NCBI GenBank assembly: GCA_036373995.1 | Contig: DASUUP010000373.1 | Span: 6,488-70,487, forward strand | DNA length: 64,000 bases | Origin: Acidimicrobiia bacterium | Lineage (GTDB): Bacteria > Actinomycetota > Acidimicrobiia > Spongiisociales > ZC4RG35 | Reading direction: 5' to 3' | Shown here: piece by piece, positions 8,231 to 18,258 of the stretch | How the letters are laid out: every line of letters starts with the position of its first letter | Position numbering within the stretch: position 1 is the first letter of the stretch | Position numbers and translations under genes: made by a program | The notes under the pieces: generated by a model | Told to the model about the DNA's origin: nothing | Database searches by the model: none | Seen by the model: only the letters and a program-made list of their open reading frames with translations

Positions 8231-10629
8231 GCGAGTCCACGAACCTCGTGAAGGTCACCATCAACGGGATCGAGCACGAGGTTCGCGAAGGCGAGATGCT
8301 GATAAAGGCGGCCCAGGACACCGGCACCTATATCCCGCGGTTCTGCTGGCACGAGAGGATGAACCCGGTCGGGATGTGCCGCATGTGTCTGGTGGAGATC
8401 GAGACCCCGCGGGGAAAGATGATGATCACCGCTTGTACCAACCCCGTAGCCGACGGGATGGTCGTCGACACCGAAAACGCTGAGGTCGAGAAGGCTCAAG
8501 AGGCCATCCTCGAGTTCCTCCTCGCCAACCACCCGTTGGACTGCCCGGTGTGCGACAAGGGCGGTGAGTGCCCCCTCCAAGACCAGGCGCTGGCGTATGG
8601 CCCCGGCGAGAGCCGGTTCGTCGAGATCAAACGAAACTACGAGAAGCCCATCCCAATCTCCGATCTCGTTCTCCTCGACCGGGAGCGTTGCATCCTGTGT
8701 GCGCGGTGTACGCGCTTCTCGGACGAGATCTCGGGCGATCCGCTCATCGAGTTCAAGGACCGAGGGAACACCACTCAGGTGAACACCTTCCCCGACCTTC
8801 CGTTCTCCTCCTATTTCTCAGGTAATACGGTCCAGATCTGCCCGGTCGGTGCGCTCACCGCCAAGCCTTACCGGTTCAAGGCCCGTCCGTGGGACCTGCA
8901 GAAGGTGGAGAGCTCGTCCCTCTTCGACACGGCACATCCGCGTATCGAGATTCACTCCTCCCAGAACGAGATCCTTCGCTATACCGGCGTCGACAACGAT
9001 CACACCAACCACGGCTGGCTCTCCGACAAGGATCGTTTCGGGTTCGAGTACCTGCGTTCGGATGAGCGGCTGACCCGGCCGTTGGTGCGACGGGATGGCG
9101 GGCTGTTCGAGGTCGACTGGCCGGTAGCGCTGGACATCGTTGCCAGCCGGCTCGAGCTGATCAAGAACGAGGACGGCGGCGAGGCGATTGCCGTTGTCGG
9201 GGGCGCCCATGGGACCAACGAAGATGCTTACGCCCTCTCCCGGTTTGCCCGCGAGGTGTTGGAGACGCCGCACATCGACTCCCGTCTCGACGACGCCCTC
9301 GCCAGCCACTTCCTGGCTGCCACTGTCGATCGAGCCCTGATCTCGGATGTCGACAATGCCGACACCATCCTGGTCTGGGCACCCGATCTGAAGGAGGAGC
9401 ATCCGACGCTCTATCTGCGGGTGCGACGCGCCGCTCAGGAGTTGGGCAAGAACCTCGTTGTCGTGCACCCGCGGGCAACAGGTCTCGACGACCGCGCCAA
9501 CCACAAGATCACGTATCGACCCGGCGGGGGGTTTGCCGTGCTCGACGAGCTGGGCACGGGTGTTCACCCTGATGTCGACGCCGCACTGTCAGCCGACAAC
9601 GTGGTCGCCATCGTGGGACTCCCGGGGCTCGCAGACGGCCCGAAACTGGCCGAAGCCGTTGCTGCGCGGGTCCGCGACCTGGCCGGCTCGGCTCGAATCC
9701 TTCCGCTCAACTCGCGAGCAAACACATACGGGGCATTGGACATGGGTCTGGCTCCGGATCTCCTTCCCGGCCGGGTGGCCGCGGAACGTCCCGGCAGGGA
9801 TACCCGCCAGATCATGGAGGGTCTGGAGTCCGGAGAGATACGCTGTCTCCTGCTGGTCGGCGCCGACCCGATCCGGGACATGCCCGATCCCAGGGTGGCC
9901 GAGGAGGGTCTGTCCGCCGCGGAGTACGTCGTTGCGATCGACCTGTTCCGTACCGAGTCGAACGCGCATGCAGATGTGATCCTTCCCGCCGCCGGGTTCG
10001 CCGAGAAGGAAGGGACCGTCACCAATGTCGAAGGTCGTGTGCAGAAGGTCAACGTTGTGCGCCCGGCTCCTGGCTCGGCACGGTCCGACTGGTCGATCAT
10101 CGACGATCTCGCCTCGCACATGGACGCACCGCTTGGCCTGGCATCCGAGGAGACCATCGCCAAGGAGATATCCGAAACCCTCCCGCTCTACGCCGGTGTG
10201 ACCCATGACCATCTGGACTGGGAAGCCCGCGACGGTGTGGTCGTGCCCTTGGAGGGCAGCCAGCCATTCGACCACATCCCGGTGGTTCTGAAGGGCCCAA
10301 GGGAGCCGGGGGCGCAGTTCGTGCTCCACCAGGCGCGAACGATGTACGACGACGGGGTGCGGCTCCGGTTCAGCCCGTCGCTGCATCCACTCGCTCCTGG
10401 GCCGGTGGTCCACATCAATCCCGCTGACGCCCCCGGTCTCGGCGCGTCGGAAGGGGCAACCCTCACCGTGAAGACCAGCCACGGTGAGGGGCAGTTCACA
10501 GCCATTCTCGACGAAGGGACTCCCGCTGGTGTCGCATATGTCCCGTTCAACCAGCCGGGCGGAGCCAATCTGGGAACCGATCCGGTCGTCAGGCTGAGTG
10601 TGCTATCTGTGAGGGGCGGGGAGCGATGA
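8227..10629 (+). CDS. nuoG: NADH-quinone oxidoreductase subunit G (75 kDa)
   Basis: 800 aa; GTG overlaps nuoF stop (GTGA); N-terminal 2Fe-2S (CWHERMNPVGMCRMC) and 4Fe-4S motifs (CPVCDKGGEC; CILCARC), molybdopterin-oxidoreductase-like C-terminal domain. Confidence 0.9.
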   Translation: MSESTNLVKVTINGIEHEVREGEMLIKAAQDTGTYIPRFCWHERMNPVGMCRMCLVEIETPRGKMMITACTNPVADGMVVDTENAEVEKAQEAILEFLLANHPLDCPVCDKGGECPLQDQALAYGPGESRFVEIKRNYEKPIPISDLVLLDRERCILCARCTRFSDEISGDPLIEFKDRGNTTQVNTFPDLPFSSYFSGNTVQICPVGALTAKPYRFKARPWDLQKVESSSLFDTAHPRIEIHSSQNEILRYTGVDNDHTNHGWLSDKDRFGFEYLRSDERLTRPLVRRDGGLFEVDWPVALDIVASRLELIKNEDGGEAIAVVGGAHGTNEDAYALSRFAREVLETPHIDSRLDDALASHFLAATVDRALISDVDNADTILVWAPDLKEEHPTLYLRVRRAAQELGKNLVVVHPRATGLDDRANHKITYRPGGGFAVLDELGTGVHPDVDAALSADNVVAIVGLPGLADGPKLAEAVAARVRDLAGSARILPLNSRANTYGALDMGLAPDLLPGRVAAERPGRDTRQIMEGLESGEIRCLLLVGADPIRDMPDPRVAEEGLSAAEYVVAIDLFRTESNAHADVILPAAGFAEKEGTVTNVEGRVQKVNVVRPAPGSARSDWSIIDDLASHMDAPLGLASEETIAKEISETLPLYAGVTHDHLDWEARDGVVVPLEGSQPFDHIPVVLKGPREPGAQFVLHQARTMYDDGVRLRFSPSLHPLAPGPVVHINPADAPGLGASEGATLTVKTSHGEGQFTAILDEGTPAGVAYVPFNQPGGANLGTDPVVRLSVLSVRGGER

Positions 10630-11702
10630 ACTGGGCCGAGCTCGGCATCGTCGTGCTGCGTGCGATTCTCGTGTTCGTGCTACTGCTCGGGGCCACGATC
10701 ATCAACGTTTGGGCTGAGAGGAAGATCCTCGCCGACATGCAGAGCCGGATCGGCCCGAATAGGGCCGGGCCCTGGGGAATCCTGCAGACGGTGGCCGACG
10801 GGCTGAAACTCTTCTTCAAGGAGTCAGTGACGCCTCGCAAGGTCGAGCTGGGCATGTACGTGCTGGCCCCGTTCCTCGCTGTGATCCCGGCGTTTCTGAT
10901 CTTCATGATGGTGCCGTTCGGTGTGCCGTTCACCATTGGCGACTACGAGGTGATCCTGCAGGGAGCCGATCTCAACGTCGGCCTCCTCTTCATCCTCGCC
11001 ATGTCCTCGATGGCCGTGTACGCCGTGGTGCTCGCCGGATGGTCGTCGGGCTCCAAGTACCCGCTGATCGGCGGGGTTCGTGCCACCGCCCAGGCCATCT
11101 CCTACGAGGCGGCGATGGGGTTGGCCATGGTGGCGGTGGTCATGTTCACCGCGACCCAGGGAGAAGGCGGCACGCTGAGCCTGGCCGAGATCGTGGCTCG
11201 GCAGGACGGGACCTGGTTCGGGATCGTCCCTCGTTGGAATCTGATCCCCCAAGCGGTCGCGTTCGTCATCTTCATGATCGCCATCGTGGCCGAGACCAAC
11301 CGCGCCCCTTTCGACCTGGTCGAGGCGGAGCAGGAGATCGTGGGTGGCTTCCACACCGAGTACTCGGGGATGCGTTTCGCCATGTTCTTTCTCGCCGAGT
11401 ACGTGAACATCTTCTCGATGTCGGCCATCGCCGTGACTCTCTTCCTCGGGGGCTGGAACGGGCCCACGTGGGAAGGAACAGTCCCCGCTTTCGTGTCGGC
11501 GATCCTTCCCACCGTCTGGTTCTTGGTAAAGACCTACGTCGTCGTCTTCGTGTTCTTCTGGCTCAGGGCGACGTTGCCGCGTCTTCGCTACGACCAGTTG
11601 ATGTCTCTCGGCTGGAAGCGTCTCATTCCCGCCGCCCTGACCTGGATCGTGGTGTCGTCGATCGCCATCGGTGTCCGTCAATTCGGTATTCCCTGGAGTT
11701 AG
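10626..11702 (+). CDS. nuoH: NADH-quinone oxidoreductase subunit H
   Basis: 358 aa polytopic; conserved AERKILADMQSRIGPNR and ...EAEQEIVGGFHTEYSGMRFAMFFLAEY; ATGA overlap with nuoG. Confidence 0.9.
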   Translation: MNWAELGIVVLRAILVFVLLLGATIINVWAERKILADMQSRIGPNRAGPWGILQTVADGLKLFFKESVTPRKVELGMYVLAPFLAVIPAFLIFMMVPFGVPFTIGDYEVILQGADLNVGLLFILAMSSMAVYAVVLAGWSSGSKYPLIGGVRATAQAISYEAAMGLAMVAVVMFTATQGEGGTLSLAEIVARQDGTWFGIVPRWNLIPQAVAFVIFMIAIVAETNRAPFDLVEAEQEIVGGFHTEYSGMRFAMFFLAEYVNIFSMSAIAVTLFLGGWNGPTWEGTVPAFVSAILPTVWFLVKTYVVVFVFFWLRATLPRLRYDQLMSLGWKRLIPAALTWIVVSSIAIGVRQFGIPWS

Positions 11703-11705
11703 CGG

Positions 11706-12356
11706 ATGGGTCTCGTCACGGCATTTCTCAAGGGTCTTCGGGTCACCGGCCTGACGATGTTGCGCACCATCACCGGACAGGAGAGGTACACGACCGAGTA
11801 CCCGTATCAGATGAGAGAGAAGCCGCAGCGCTTCCACGGTCGCCATGTTCTCAACCGCTATCCGGACGGGATGGAGAAGTGCATCGGATGTGAGCTGTGC
11901 GCCGGGGCCTGCCCAGCCGATTGCATCTACGTCCGCGGCAAGGAGAACGACCCTGAAGACCCGACCTCTCCCGGTGAGCGCTACGGATACGTATACGAGA
12001 TCAACATGCTCCGCTGCATCTTCTGCGGCTTGTGTGTCGAAGCCTGCCCCACCGAGGCGATCACCATGACCAAGCTCTTCGAGATGTCGACGACCAATCG
12101 ACAGGACGCCATCTACACCAGGGAAGAGCTGTTGATGAGAGAAGACGGCTCCGTGCCGCACATGTTCCCCGACGACGAGCTGGCCAACACCGACGACCTC
12201 CTCACGGCTGACGGCTGGGTGAGGGCGACCGCGCCATCCGGAATCGCCTCCTACGAAGGAGTGCAGATGTGGCGGGGCACTCCCGGGCCCGCTTCATGGG
12301 ATCCCGAGCCGTCTCAGGAAGAGCTCGACCGTCGATCGGAGCCGGACGGTGGCTGA
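11706..12356 (+). CDS. nuoI: NADH-quinone oxidoreductase subunit I (2x[4Fe-4S]) with ~50-aa C-terminal extension
   Basis: 216 aa; two ferredoxin motifs [12 protein letters not shown] and [12 protein letters not shown]. Confidence 0.9.
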   Translation: MGLVTAFLKGLRVTGLTMLRTITGQERYTTEYPYQMREKPQRFHGRHVLNRYPDGMEKCIGCELCAGACPADCIYVRGKENDPEDPTSPGERYGYVYEINMLRCIFCGLCVEACPTEAITMTKLFEMSTTNRQDAIYTREELLMREDGSVPHMFPDDELANTDDLLTADGWVRATAPSGIASYEGVQMWRGTPGPASWDPEPSQEELDRRSEPDGG

Positions 12357-12870
12357 GGCCTTGCTGTTCGTCGTCATGGGCTTGGGTGCCCTCGCCAGTG
12401 CGGTGACCGTGGTCATCGCCCGCAACCCGATCTATTCGGCGATGGGCCTGCTCGGAACGCTTCTCTCCGTGGCGGTCCTCTACGTGGTTCAGCTGGCGCA
12501 TCTGGTCGCGGCGGTCCAGGTCATCGTGTACGCCGGTGCGGTCCTCACACTGTTTCTCTTCGTGATCATGCTGATCGGGGTGGACAAGGACGACAAGCGC
12601 GAGGAGAACCTGCCCTATCAGCGCTGGATCGTGGGAGGCCTCGCCCTGGTCATCGTGGGTTTCGCCGCGGGTATCACGATCTTCGGTGACTTCGACTGGG
12701 TTCCGGCGGCAACTGCCATCGACCCGGCTGCAACCAACGGCACTGTCGAGGCAGTGGCCGAGCCTATGTTCACCGATTGGGTCCTCGCATTCGAGGCGAC
12801 CGCCCTGCTCCTGACGGTCGCCGCGGCAGGTGCGATCGCCCTCGCCCACTACCGCCGAAGGGCGAGCTGA
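12349..12870 (+). CDS. nuoJ: NADH-quinone oxidoreductase subunit J
   Basis: 173 aa, 5 TM; GTG 12349 overlapping nuoI end by 8 nt; typical NuoJ hydrophobic N-terminus. Confidence 0.85.
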   Translation: MAEALLFVVMGLGALASAVTVVIARNPIYSAMGLLGTLLSVAVLYVVQLAHLVAAVQVIVYAGAVLTLFLFVIMLIGVDKDDKREENLPYQRWIVGGLALVIVGFAAGITIFGDFDWVPAATAIDPAATNGTVEAVAEPMFTDWVLAFEATALLLTVAAAGAIALAHYRRRAS

Positions 12871-13172
12871 TGGTCGAACCGGGCTGGTACATGGGCTTGG
12901 CCGGAGCCCTGTTCTTGATCGGGGCGCTGGGGCTCCTGCTGCGACGAAACGCCCTCGTCATGTTCATGTGCATCGAGCTGATGCTGAATGCAGTGAACCT
13001 GACCCTCATCTCAGCCGGCCGCGCTCTCAACGACATCAACGGCCAGGTGGCGGTGTTCTTCATCCTCGTGGTTGCCGCCGCCGAGGTGGTGGTCGGTCTG
13101 GCCATCATCGTGGCGATCTTCCGCCTTCGCGCCTCGGCGTCGGTCGACGAGCTCAGCGAGTTGCGCGGATGA
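12870..13172 (+). CDS. nuoK: NADH-quinone oxidoreductase subunit K
   Basis: ATG 12870 overlaps nuoJ TGA; 100 aa; conserved LRRNALVMFMCIELMLNAVNL; track ORF 12777 over-extended. Confidence 0.85.
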   Translation: MVEPGWYMGLAGALFLIGALGLLLRRNALVMFMCIELMLNAVNLTLISAGRALNDINGQVAVFFILVVAAAEVVVGLAIIVAIFRLRASASVDELSELRG

Positions 13173-13173
13173 G

Positions 13174-13240
13174 GTCGTCCTCGCTTTGCCCGCGGGCACC
13201 GCGTTGCGCTCACCGCAACGTCCTGCCCGCGGGCACAACG
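13174..13240. repeat. REP-like palindromic element copy A (GCCCGCGGGC - CGTTGCG/CGCAACG hairpin - GCCCGCGGGC) in nuoK-nuoL spacer
   Basis: Seen directly; paralogous copies at 32722-32792, 33756-33788, 51643-51700. Confidence 0.6.
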
Positions 13241-13248
13241 ACGGGACC

Positions 13249-15138
13249 ATGGTCGTGACCGACTTCCTCTGGCTCGTCATCGCTCTGCCTCTCGCCGGGG
13301 CGGTGTTCCTGCACTTCTTCGGGCGTTTCCTGAGAGAACCCCTCTCCGGGTGGCTGGCCGGCGCCGCAGTCGGAGGTTCGTTCGCATTCGCCGTGGCGGC
13401 GGCCCTGCCGTTCATGGAGGGTGGGGGACACGGCGAGACGCTCCTCCTGTGGGAGTGGATGCCTGCCATCGGCGCCAACCTGGAGATCCTCTGGGATCCC
13501 CTCTCGGCACTCATGACGCTGATCGTCGCCGGCGTCGGGTTTCTCATCCACATCTTCGCCATCGGCTACATGCACGGTGATGAGCGGTTCCATCGCTTCT
13601 TCACGTATCTCAACTTGTTCGCGGCGTCGATGCTCACCCTGGTGCTCGCCGGCAATTACGCCATGCTCTTCCTGGGTTGGGAGTTGGTGGGTTTGTGCTC
13701 CTATCTCCTGATCGGCTTCTGGTACACCCGAGCCGCCCCACCACCCGCGGCCAAGAAGGCCTTCATCGTCAACCGCATCGGCGATTTCGGCTTCATGGTC
13801 GGCCTGATGATCGTCTTCACCGCCTTCGGGACGTTGTCGTACTCCGGCATCTTCGAGCGTGCCGGAGACGTCCTGACCACAGGCCTGGCAACAGCCATCG
13901 GGCTCCTCTTCCTGTTGGGCGCCGCCGGCAAGTCGGCCCAGATCCCGTTGTATGTGTGGCTCCCCGACGCCATGGAAGGCCCTACGCCGGTGTCGGCACT
14001 CATCCACGCGGCGACGATGGTCACCGCCGGTGTATACCTGATTGCCCGCTCAGCGGCCGTATACGAGCTCTCCATCGCCGCTCAAGTCACCGTGGCCACG
14101 ATCGGGGCGCTCACCGCCATCTGGGCCGCCTCCATCGCCCTGGCGCAACGTGACATCAAGAAGGTGTTGGCGTACTCGACGGTTTCACAGCTCGGATACA
14201 TGTTCATAGCGGTGGGGGCCACCGCCTACGTCGCCGGAATCTTCCACCTGATGACCCATGCGTTCTTCAAGGCCCTCTTGTTCCTCGGCGCCGGTTCGGT
14301 GATCCACGCCATGAGTGACGAACAGGACATGCGCAAGATGGGTGGTCTGCTCAAGAAGATGCCGATCACTGGTTGGGCGATGGCTATCGCCACCCTGGCC
14401 ATCGCAGGCATCCCCCCGCTCGCCGGGTTCTGGTCGAAGGACGAGATTCTCGGATCCGCGTTCGCTCGCGGCGGCTGGTTCTCCGTACTCTGGGTGATCG
14501 GGCTCATCACGGCACTGCTCACAGCCTTCTACATGACCCGGCAGTGGGTGATGGTCTTCCTCGGCGAGCCCCGCTGGGAGGACGACAAGCAACCCCATGA
14601 GTCACCGGCAGTGATGACCGTCCCGCTGCTGGTGCTGGCCGTGCTGTCGGTGGTCGGTGGTCTCATCAACACACCCTTCCGTCTCACTCTCGAGAACTTC
14701 CTCGAGCCGGCGTTCGAGCTGGTCTCGCTGCAACACCCTCCCGAAGGCTTGGCCATGTTCGCTCTGCTCGCCGGGCTGTCCGCCCTGGCCGGGCTCGCCG
14801 GGGCGGCCGCGGCATTCACGACCTACCGTCAACCAGCGCAGGATTGGATGGGTTTCGAGCATGGGTTCCAGCCGCTCTGGGGTACGTGGGAGGAGGCCTA
14901 TCACGTGGATGACATCTACGGACGGGTCATCGTGGCTCCCGGGCGTAAGGTCGCCGAGGCCGCCGCTTTCAAGGTCGATCTGCCGGTGATCGACGGTGCC
15001 GTCAATGGCGTGGCCCGGGTCGTGAGAGATGTCGGAGACTGGGCACGCCCCCTGCAGACGGGGTTCGTCCGCAACTACGGCGCCCTCCTCCTCGCCGGCA
15101 CCGTGACCATCGTGATCTGGCTGGTGGCGGGCCAATGA
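13249..15138 (+). CDS. nuoL: NADH-quinone oxidoreductase subunit L
   Basis: Start re-set to ATG 13249 (MVVTDFLWLV...), 629 aa; conserved antiporter-like core (…WLPDAMEGPTPVSALIHAATMVTAGVYL…); track ORF 13072 runs through the REP element. Confidence 0.9.
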   Translation: MVVTDFLWLVIALPLAGAVFLHFFGRFLREPLSGWLAGAAVGGSFAFAVAAALPFMEGGGHGETLLLWEWMPAIGANLEILWDPLSALMTLIVAGVGFLIHIFAIGYMHGDERFHRFFTYLNLFAASMLTLVLAGNYAMLFLGWELVGLCSYLLIGFWYTRAAPPPAAKKAFIVNRIGDFGFMVGLMIVFTAFGTLSYSGIFERAGDVLTTGLATAIGLLFLLGAAGKSAQIPLYVWLPDAMEGPTPVSALIHAATMVTAGVYLIARSAAVYELSIAAQVTVATIGALTAIWAASIALAQRDIKKVLAYSTVSQLGYMFIAVGATAYVAGIFHLMTHAFFKALLFLGAGSVIHAMSDEQDMRKMGGLLKKMPITGWAMAIATLAIAGIPPLAGFWSKDEILGSAFARGGWFSVLWVIGLITALLTAFYMTRQWVMVFLGEPRWEDDKQPHESPAVMTVPLLVLAVLSVVGGLINTPFRLTLENFLEPAFELVSLQHPPEGLAMFALLAGLSALAGLAGAAAAFTTYRQPAQDWMGFEHGFQPLWGTWEEAYHVDDIYGRVIVAPGRKVAEAAAFKVDLPVIDGAVNGVARVVRDVGDWARPLQTGFVRNYGALLLAGTVTIVIWLVAGQ

Positions 15139-15271
15139 TGATTGCCGGGCGACTTCCCAGCGCAGCCACCACCCTCATCAATGGACGGCATTCGGTCTCC
15201 GTGAAACGACACCTTGCCGCGAGCAGACGCCGCTCAGACCGTGCTTCCACCGCATTCACAGGGCCGTCAAC

Positions 15272-16804
15272 ATGCTGACCTGGCTCGTCCTTCTGCCTGT
15301 GGTCGGTGCCCTCGTGGTGATGTCGACCCCGCCAGCTCGTCGAGAGCTGCATCTGCCGATGGGGGTTGCATTGTCGGTGATGCCGCTGGGTCTTGCCCTC
15401 TACGTCTTCGCCGTATTCGAACCACAGAGCGCCATGCAGCTCACTGAGTTCCACTCCTGGTACGAGCCGTGGGGGATCGCATGGAATCTCGGCATCGACG
15501 GCATCTCGATGCCGATGGTGCTGCTGACGACGATCCTCGTCCCGATCGCGCTCGGGGCGTCGACCAAGGTCACGAAACGAACCAAAGAGTTCGTGGTCTA
15601 TACGCTGCTACTCGAGGCGGGGATGATCGGGGTCTTCGTAGCCCTGGACCTGTTCCTCTTCTTCATCTTCTTCGAAGCGATCCTCGCCCCGATGTACTTC
15701 ATCATCGGGATCTGGGGGAGCGAGCGACGGGTGTACGCGGCGATGAAGTTCTTCATCTACACCGCTTTCGGTTCGGCCTTGATGCTGGCGGGGATCATCG
15801 CCCTCGCCGTCCTCCACAACGAGCAGGTCGGAGCACCCTCGTTTGCTCTGGCCGATCTCTCGGGGCTCGCCCTCTCGGGCGGGGCCGAACGCTGGCTCTT
15901 CGCAGCTTTCGCCCTCGCTTTCGCCATCAAGGTCCCGGTGTTCCCGTTGCACACCTGGCTTCCCGACGCTCACACCGAGGCGCCGACCGCGGGCTCGATC
16001 CTCCTGGCCGGCGTGATGCTGAAGCTGGGAACCTACGGTTTGCTCCGCTTCAACCTGCAACTGTTCCCCGAGGCGTCCGTGGACGCCATCTGGGTCATGG
16101 GCATCCTCGCCGTGATCGGCATCGTGTACGGCGCGGCAGTGGCCATCGTCCAGCCCGATCTCAAGAAACTCGTCGCCTACTCGTCGGTGAGTCACCTCGG
16201 CTTCATCGTCCTCGGCACCTTCGCACTCACCTCGGGCGGTCTCCAGGGTGCGGTGATCCAGAACGTGAACCACGGTCTGACGACCGGGGCGTTGTTCCTC
16301 CTCGTGGGCATGATCTATGAGCGTCGTCACACCAAGGAGATCTCCGAGTTCGGGGGTCTTCAGAAGGTGATGCCAGTGTTCGCAGGCTTCTTCCTCTTCA
16401 TGATCTTCGCCTCGATCGGCCTGCCCGGGCTGAACGGGTTCGTCGGGGAGTTCCTGGTCCTCATCGGCAGCTACACGACACTTCCCGTGCTGGCGATCAT
16501 TGCCGCCTCCGGAGTGATCCTCGCCGCCATCTATCTCCTGTGGGCCTATGAGCGGGTGTTCACCGGCGTTCCAGAGAAGGAGGAGAACAAGATGCTGTCC
16601 GACCTCTCGGTCAGGGAGGTGTCGCTCCTGGCGCCACTCGCCGCCCTGGTGCTGCTGCTCGGTCTGTATCCGAACATCCTCCTCGACAAGATCGCCCCTT
16701 CGACCGAAGCCGTGCTCGATCACATCGAGGCATCGACCGACTACCAGGTTCCGGCGCCGGGTCGTCTCGGTGACGTGTTCGTGGCTGGAGGTGAGGAAGA
16801 GTGA
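15272..16804 (+). CDS. nuoM: NADH-quinone oxidoreductase subunit M
   Basis: 510 aa; conserved FPLHTWLPDAHTEAPTAGSILLAGVMLKLGTYG. Confidence 0.9.
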   Translation: MLTWLVLLPVVGALVVMSTPPARRELHLPMGVALSVMPLGLALYVFAVFEPQSAMQLTEFHSWYEPWGIAWNLGIDGISMPMVLLTTILVPIALGASTKVTKRTKEFVVYTLLLEAGMIGVFVALDLFLFFIFFEAILAPMYFIIGIWGSERRVYAAMKFFIYTAFGSALMLAGIIALAVLHNEQVGAPSFALADLSGLALSGGAERWLFAAFALAFAIKVPVFPLHTWLPDAHTEAPTAGSILLAGVMLKLGTYGLLRFNLQLFPEASVDAIWVMGILAVIGIVYGAAVAIVQPDLKKLVAYSSVSHLGFIVLGTFALTSGGLQGAVIQNVNHGLTTGALFLLVGMIYERRHTKEISEFGGLQKVMPVFAGFFLFMIFASIGLPGLNGFVGEFLVLIGSYTTLPVLAIIAASGVILAAIYLLWAYERVFTGVPEKEENKMLSDLSVREVSLLAPLAALVLLLGLYPNILLDKIAPSTEAVLDHIEASTDYQVPAPGRLGDVFVAGGEEE

Positions 16805-18258
16805 TCACCCCCGAGATCTCCTGGTTGGCGATCCTTCCCGAGGTGCTTCTGGCTGTAGGTGCGGCGGGTGTGCTCCTCGTTGAGGTCCAGTGGAAGCCCG
16901 AGGCAAACGTCCTGGGGACGATCGCAGCCGGCTCGATCGTGTTCGCAGCGGCCTTCTCGGTGCTGCAGTGGTTCCAGGCCGGCGACTCGGTCGAGCTCGG
17001 CACCACCGGAGACCTGGTCGTCTTCTCGGGCCTCGTGCTGATGGACGGGCTCGCCATCTTTGGCCGGTTCGCACTCCTCGCAGTGACAGGTTTTGGTCTG
17101 ATGGCCGCTTGGAAGTACATCGACAGCTTGGGTCGGCGTTCCGCCGAGGCGATCGCCCTGGTCCTCTTGGCGACTTCGGGTTTCTCCATCATGGTGGCCG
17201 CCAACAACCTGGTCATGATGTTCCTCGGTCTCGAGGTGGGATCGATCGCGCTGTACGTGCTCGCCGGCATGTCGCGGGAGAGGGCTCGCTCGGATGAGGC
17301 CGCAATCAAGTACTTCCTGCTCGGCTCGTTCGCGTCAGCGATCTTCATCTACGGTGTTGCGCTCCTCTATGCCGGCACGGGTGAGTTCGAGATTCTGGGC
17401 ATTCGCGATTTCCTTGCCGGTTTCGTTGTCTTCTCTCCTGCCGTCATCCTGATCGGGCTCGGGCTGGTGGTGGTCGGGCTTGGCTTCAAGGTGTCGGCGG
17501 CGCCATTCCACTCCTGGGCTCCCGACGTCTATCAGGGGGCGCCGGCAGGGCTTGTCGGCTACATGGCCGCGGTGGCCAAGATCGCCGGGTTCGTGGCCAT
17601 CACCAGGATCCTCCTGGCAGGGGTCGAGACGCTCGATGCGGACTGGCTCCCGATCGTCGCGGCGATAGCGGCCCTTTCGATGCTGGTCGGATCCACCCTC
17701 GCCCTGGTCCAGGACGACGTGCGTCGGATGCTCGCCTACTCCGGTGTAGCCCACGCCGGCTTCATCCTGACGGGCGTCGTCGGCGGCACGACTGAAGGTG
17801 TCCTGTTCTACCTGGTCGTCTACTCGCTGCAGCTGGTCGGAGCCTTCGCTGTCGCAGCCGCCGTGAGCGGGGCGGAAAACGCGGAGTCCTCGTTGGAGTC
17901 CTTCCGGGGTCTTGGCCGGAGGAGCCCATTCCTCGCCGGGTCGTTCACGGTGCTCCTCCTGGGCATGGCCGGTCTTCCGGTGACTTCAGGGTTCATCGCC
18001 AAGTTCGGCGTCTTCACCCAGGCCTGGAATAGCGGGTTCCGGTGGCTGGTGATCGTGGCCGTGCTGGCCTCGGTGATCGCATTCGCCTTCTATCTGCGGA
18101 TAATCGTGGCGATGTACATGGATGAGAGCGAGGCCGCCGACCTCGACGTCCCGGCGACGAGCCGTTGGGTACTGATCGTGGCGGTGGGGACGACGATCCT
18201 GTGGGGCATCCTGCCTGGCTCACTCCTCAGCCTCGCGGCCGATGCGCTACCTCTCTAG
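16801..18258 (+). CDS. nuoN: NADH-quinone oxidoreductase subunit N
   Basis: 485 aa; GTG overlapping nuoM stop; conserved FHSWAPDVYQGAP. Confidence 0.9.
   Translation: MITPEISWLAILPEVLLAVGAAGVLLVEVQWKPEANVLGTIAAGSIVFAAAFSVLQWFQAGDSVELGTTGDLVVFSGLVLMDGLAIFGRFALLAVTGFGLMAAWKYIDSLGRRSAEAIALVLLATSGFSIMVAANNLVMMFLGLEVGSIALYVLAGMSRERARSDEAAIKYFLLGSFASAIFIYGVALLYAGTGEFEILGIRDFLAGFVVFSPAVILIGLGLVVVGLGFKVSAAPFHSWAPDVYQGAPAGLVGYMAAVAKIAGFVAITRILLAGVETLDADWLPIVAAIAALSMLVGSTLALVQDDVRRMLAYSGVAHAGFILTGVVGGTTEGVLFYLVVYSLQLVGAFAVAAAVSGAENAESSLESFRGLGRRSPFLAGSFTVLLLGMAGLPVTSGFIAKFGVFTQAWNSGFRWLVIVAVLASVIAFAFYLRIIVAMYMDESEAADLDVPATSRWVLIVAVGTTILWGILPGSLLSLAADALPL

Noticed and set aside
3539-13248. 5'-extended versions of nuoB (3539), nuoD (4438), nuoF (6707), nuoK (12777), nuoL (13072) and, in cluster 2, nuoB2 (35099), nuoH2 (37569), nuoI2 (38678), nuoK2 (39811)
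   Set aside because: Extensions overlap the preceding gene in another frame, are not conserved Nuo sequence, and canonical N-termini begin at ATG/GTG codons abutting the upstream stop (TGATG / ATGA junctions)
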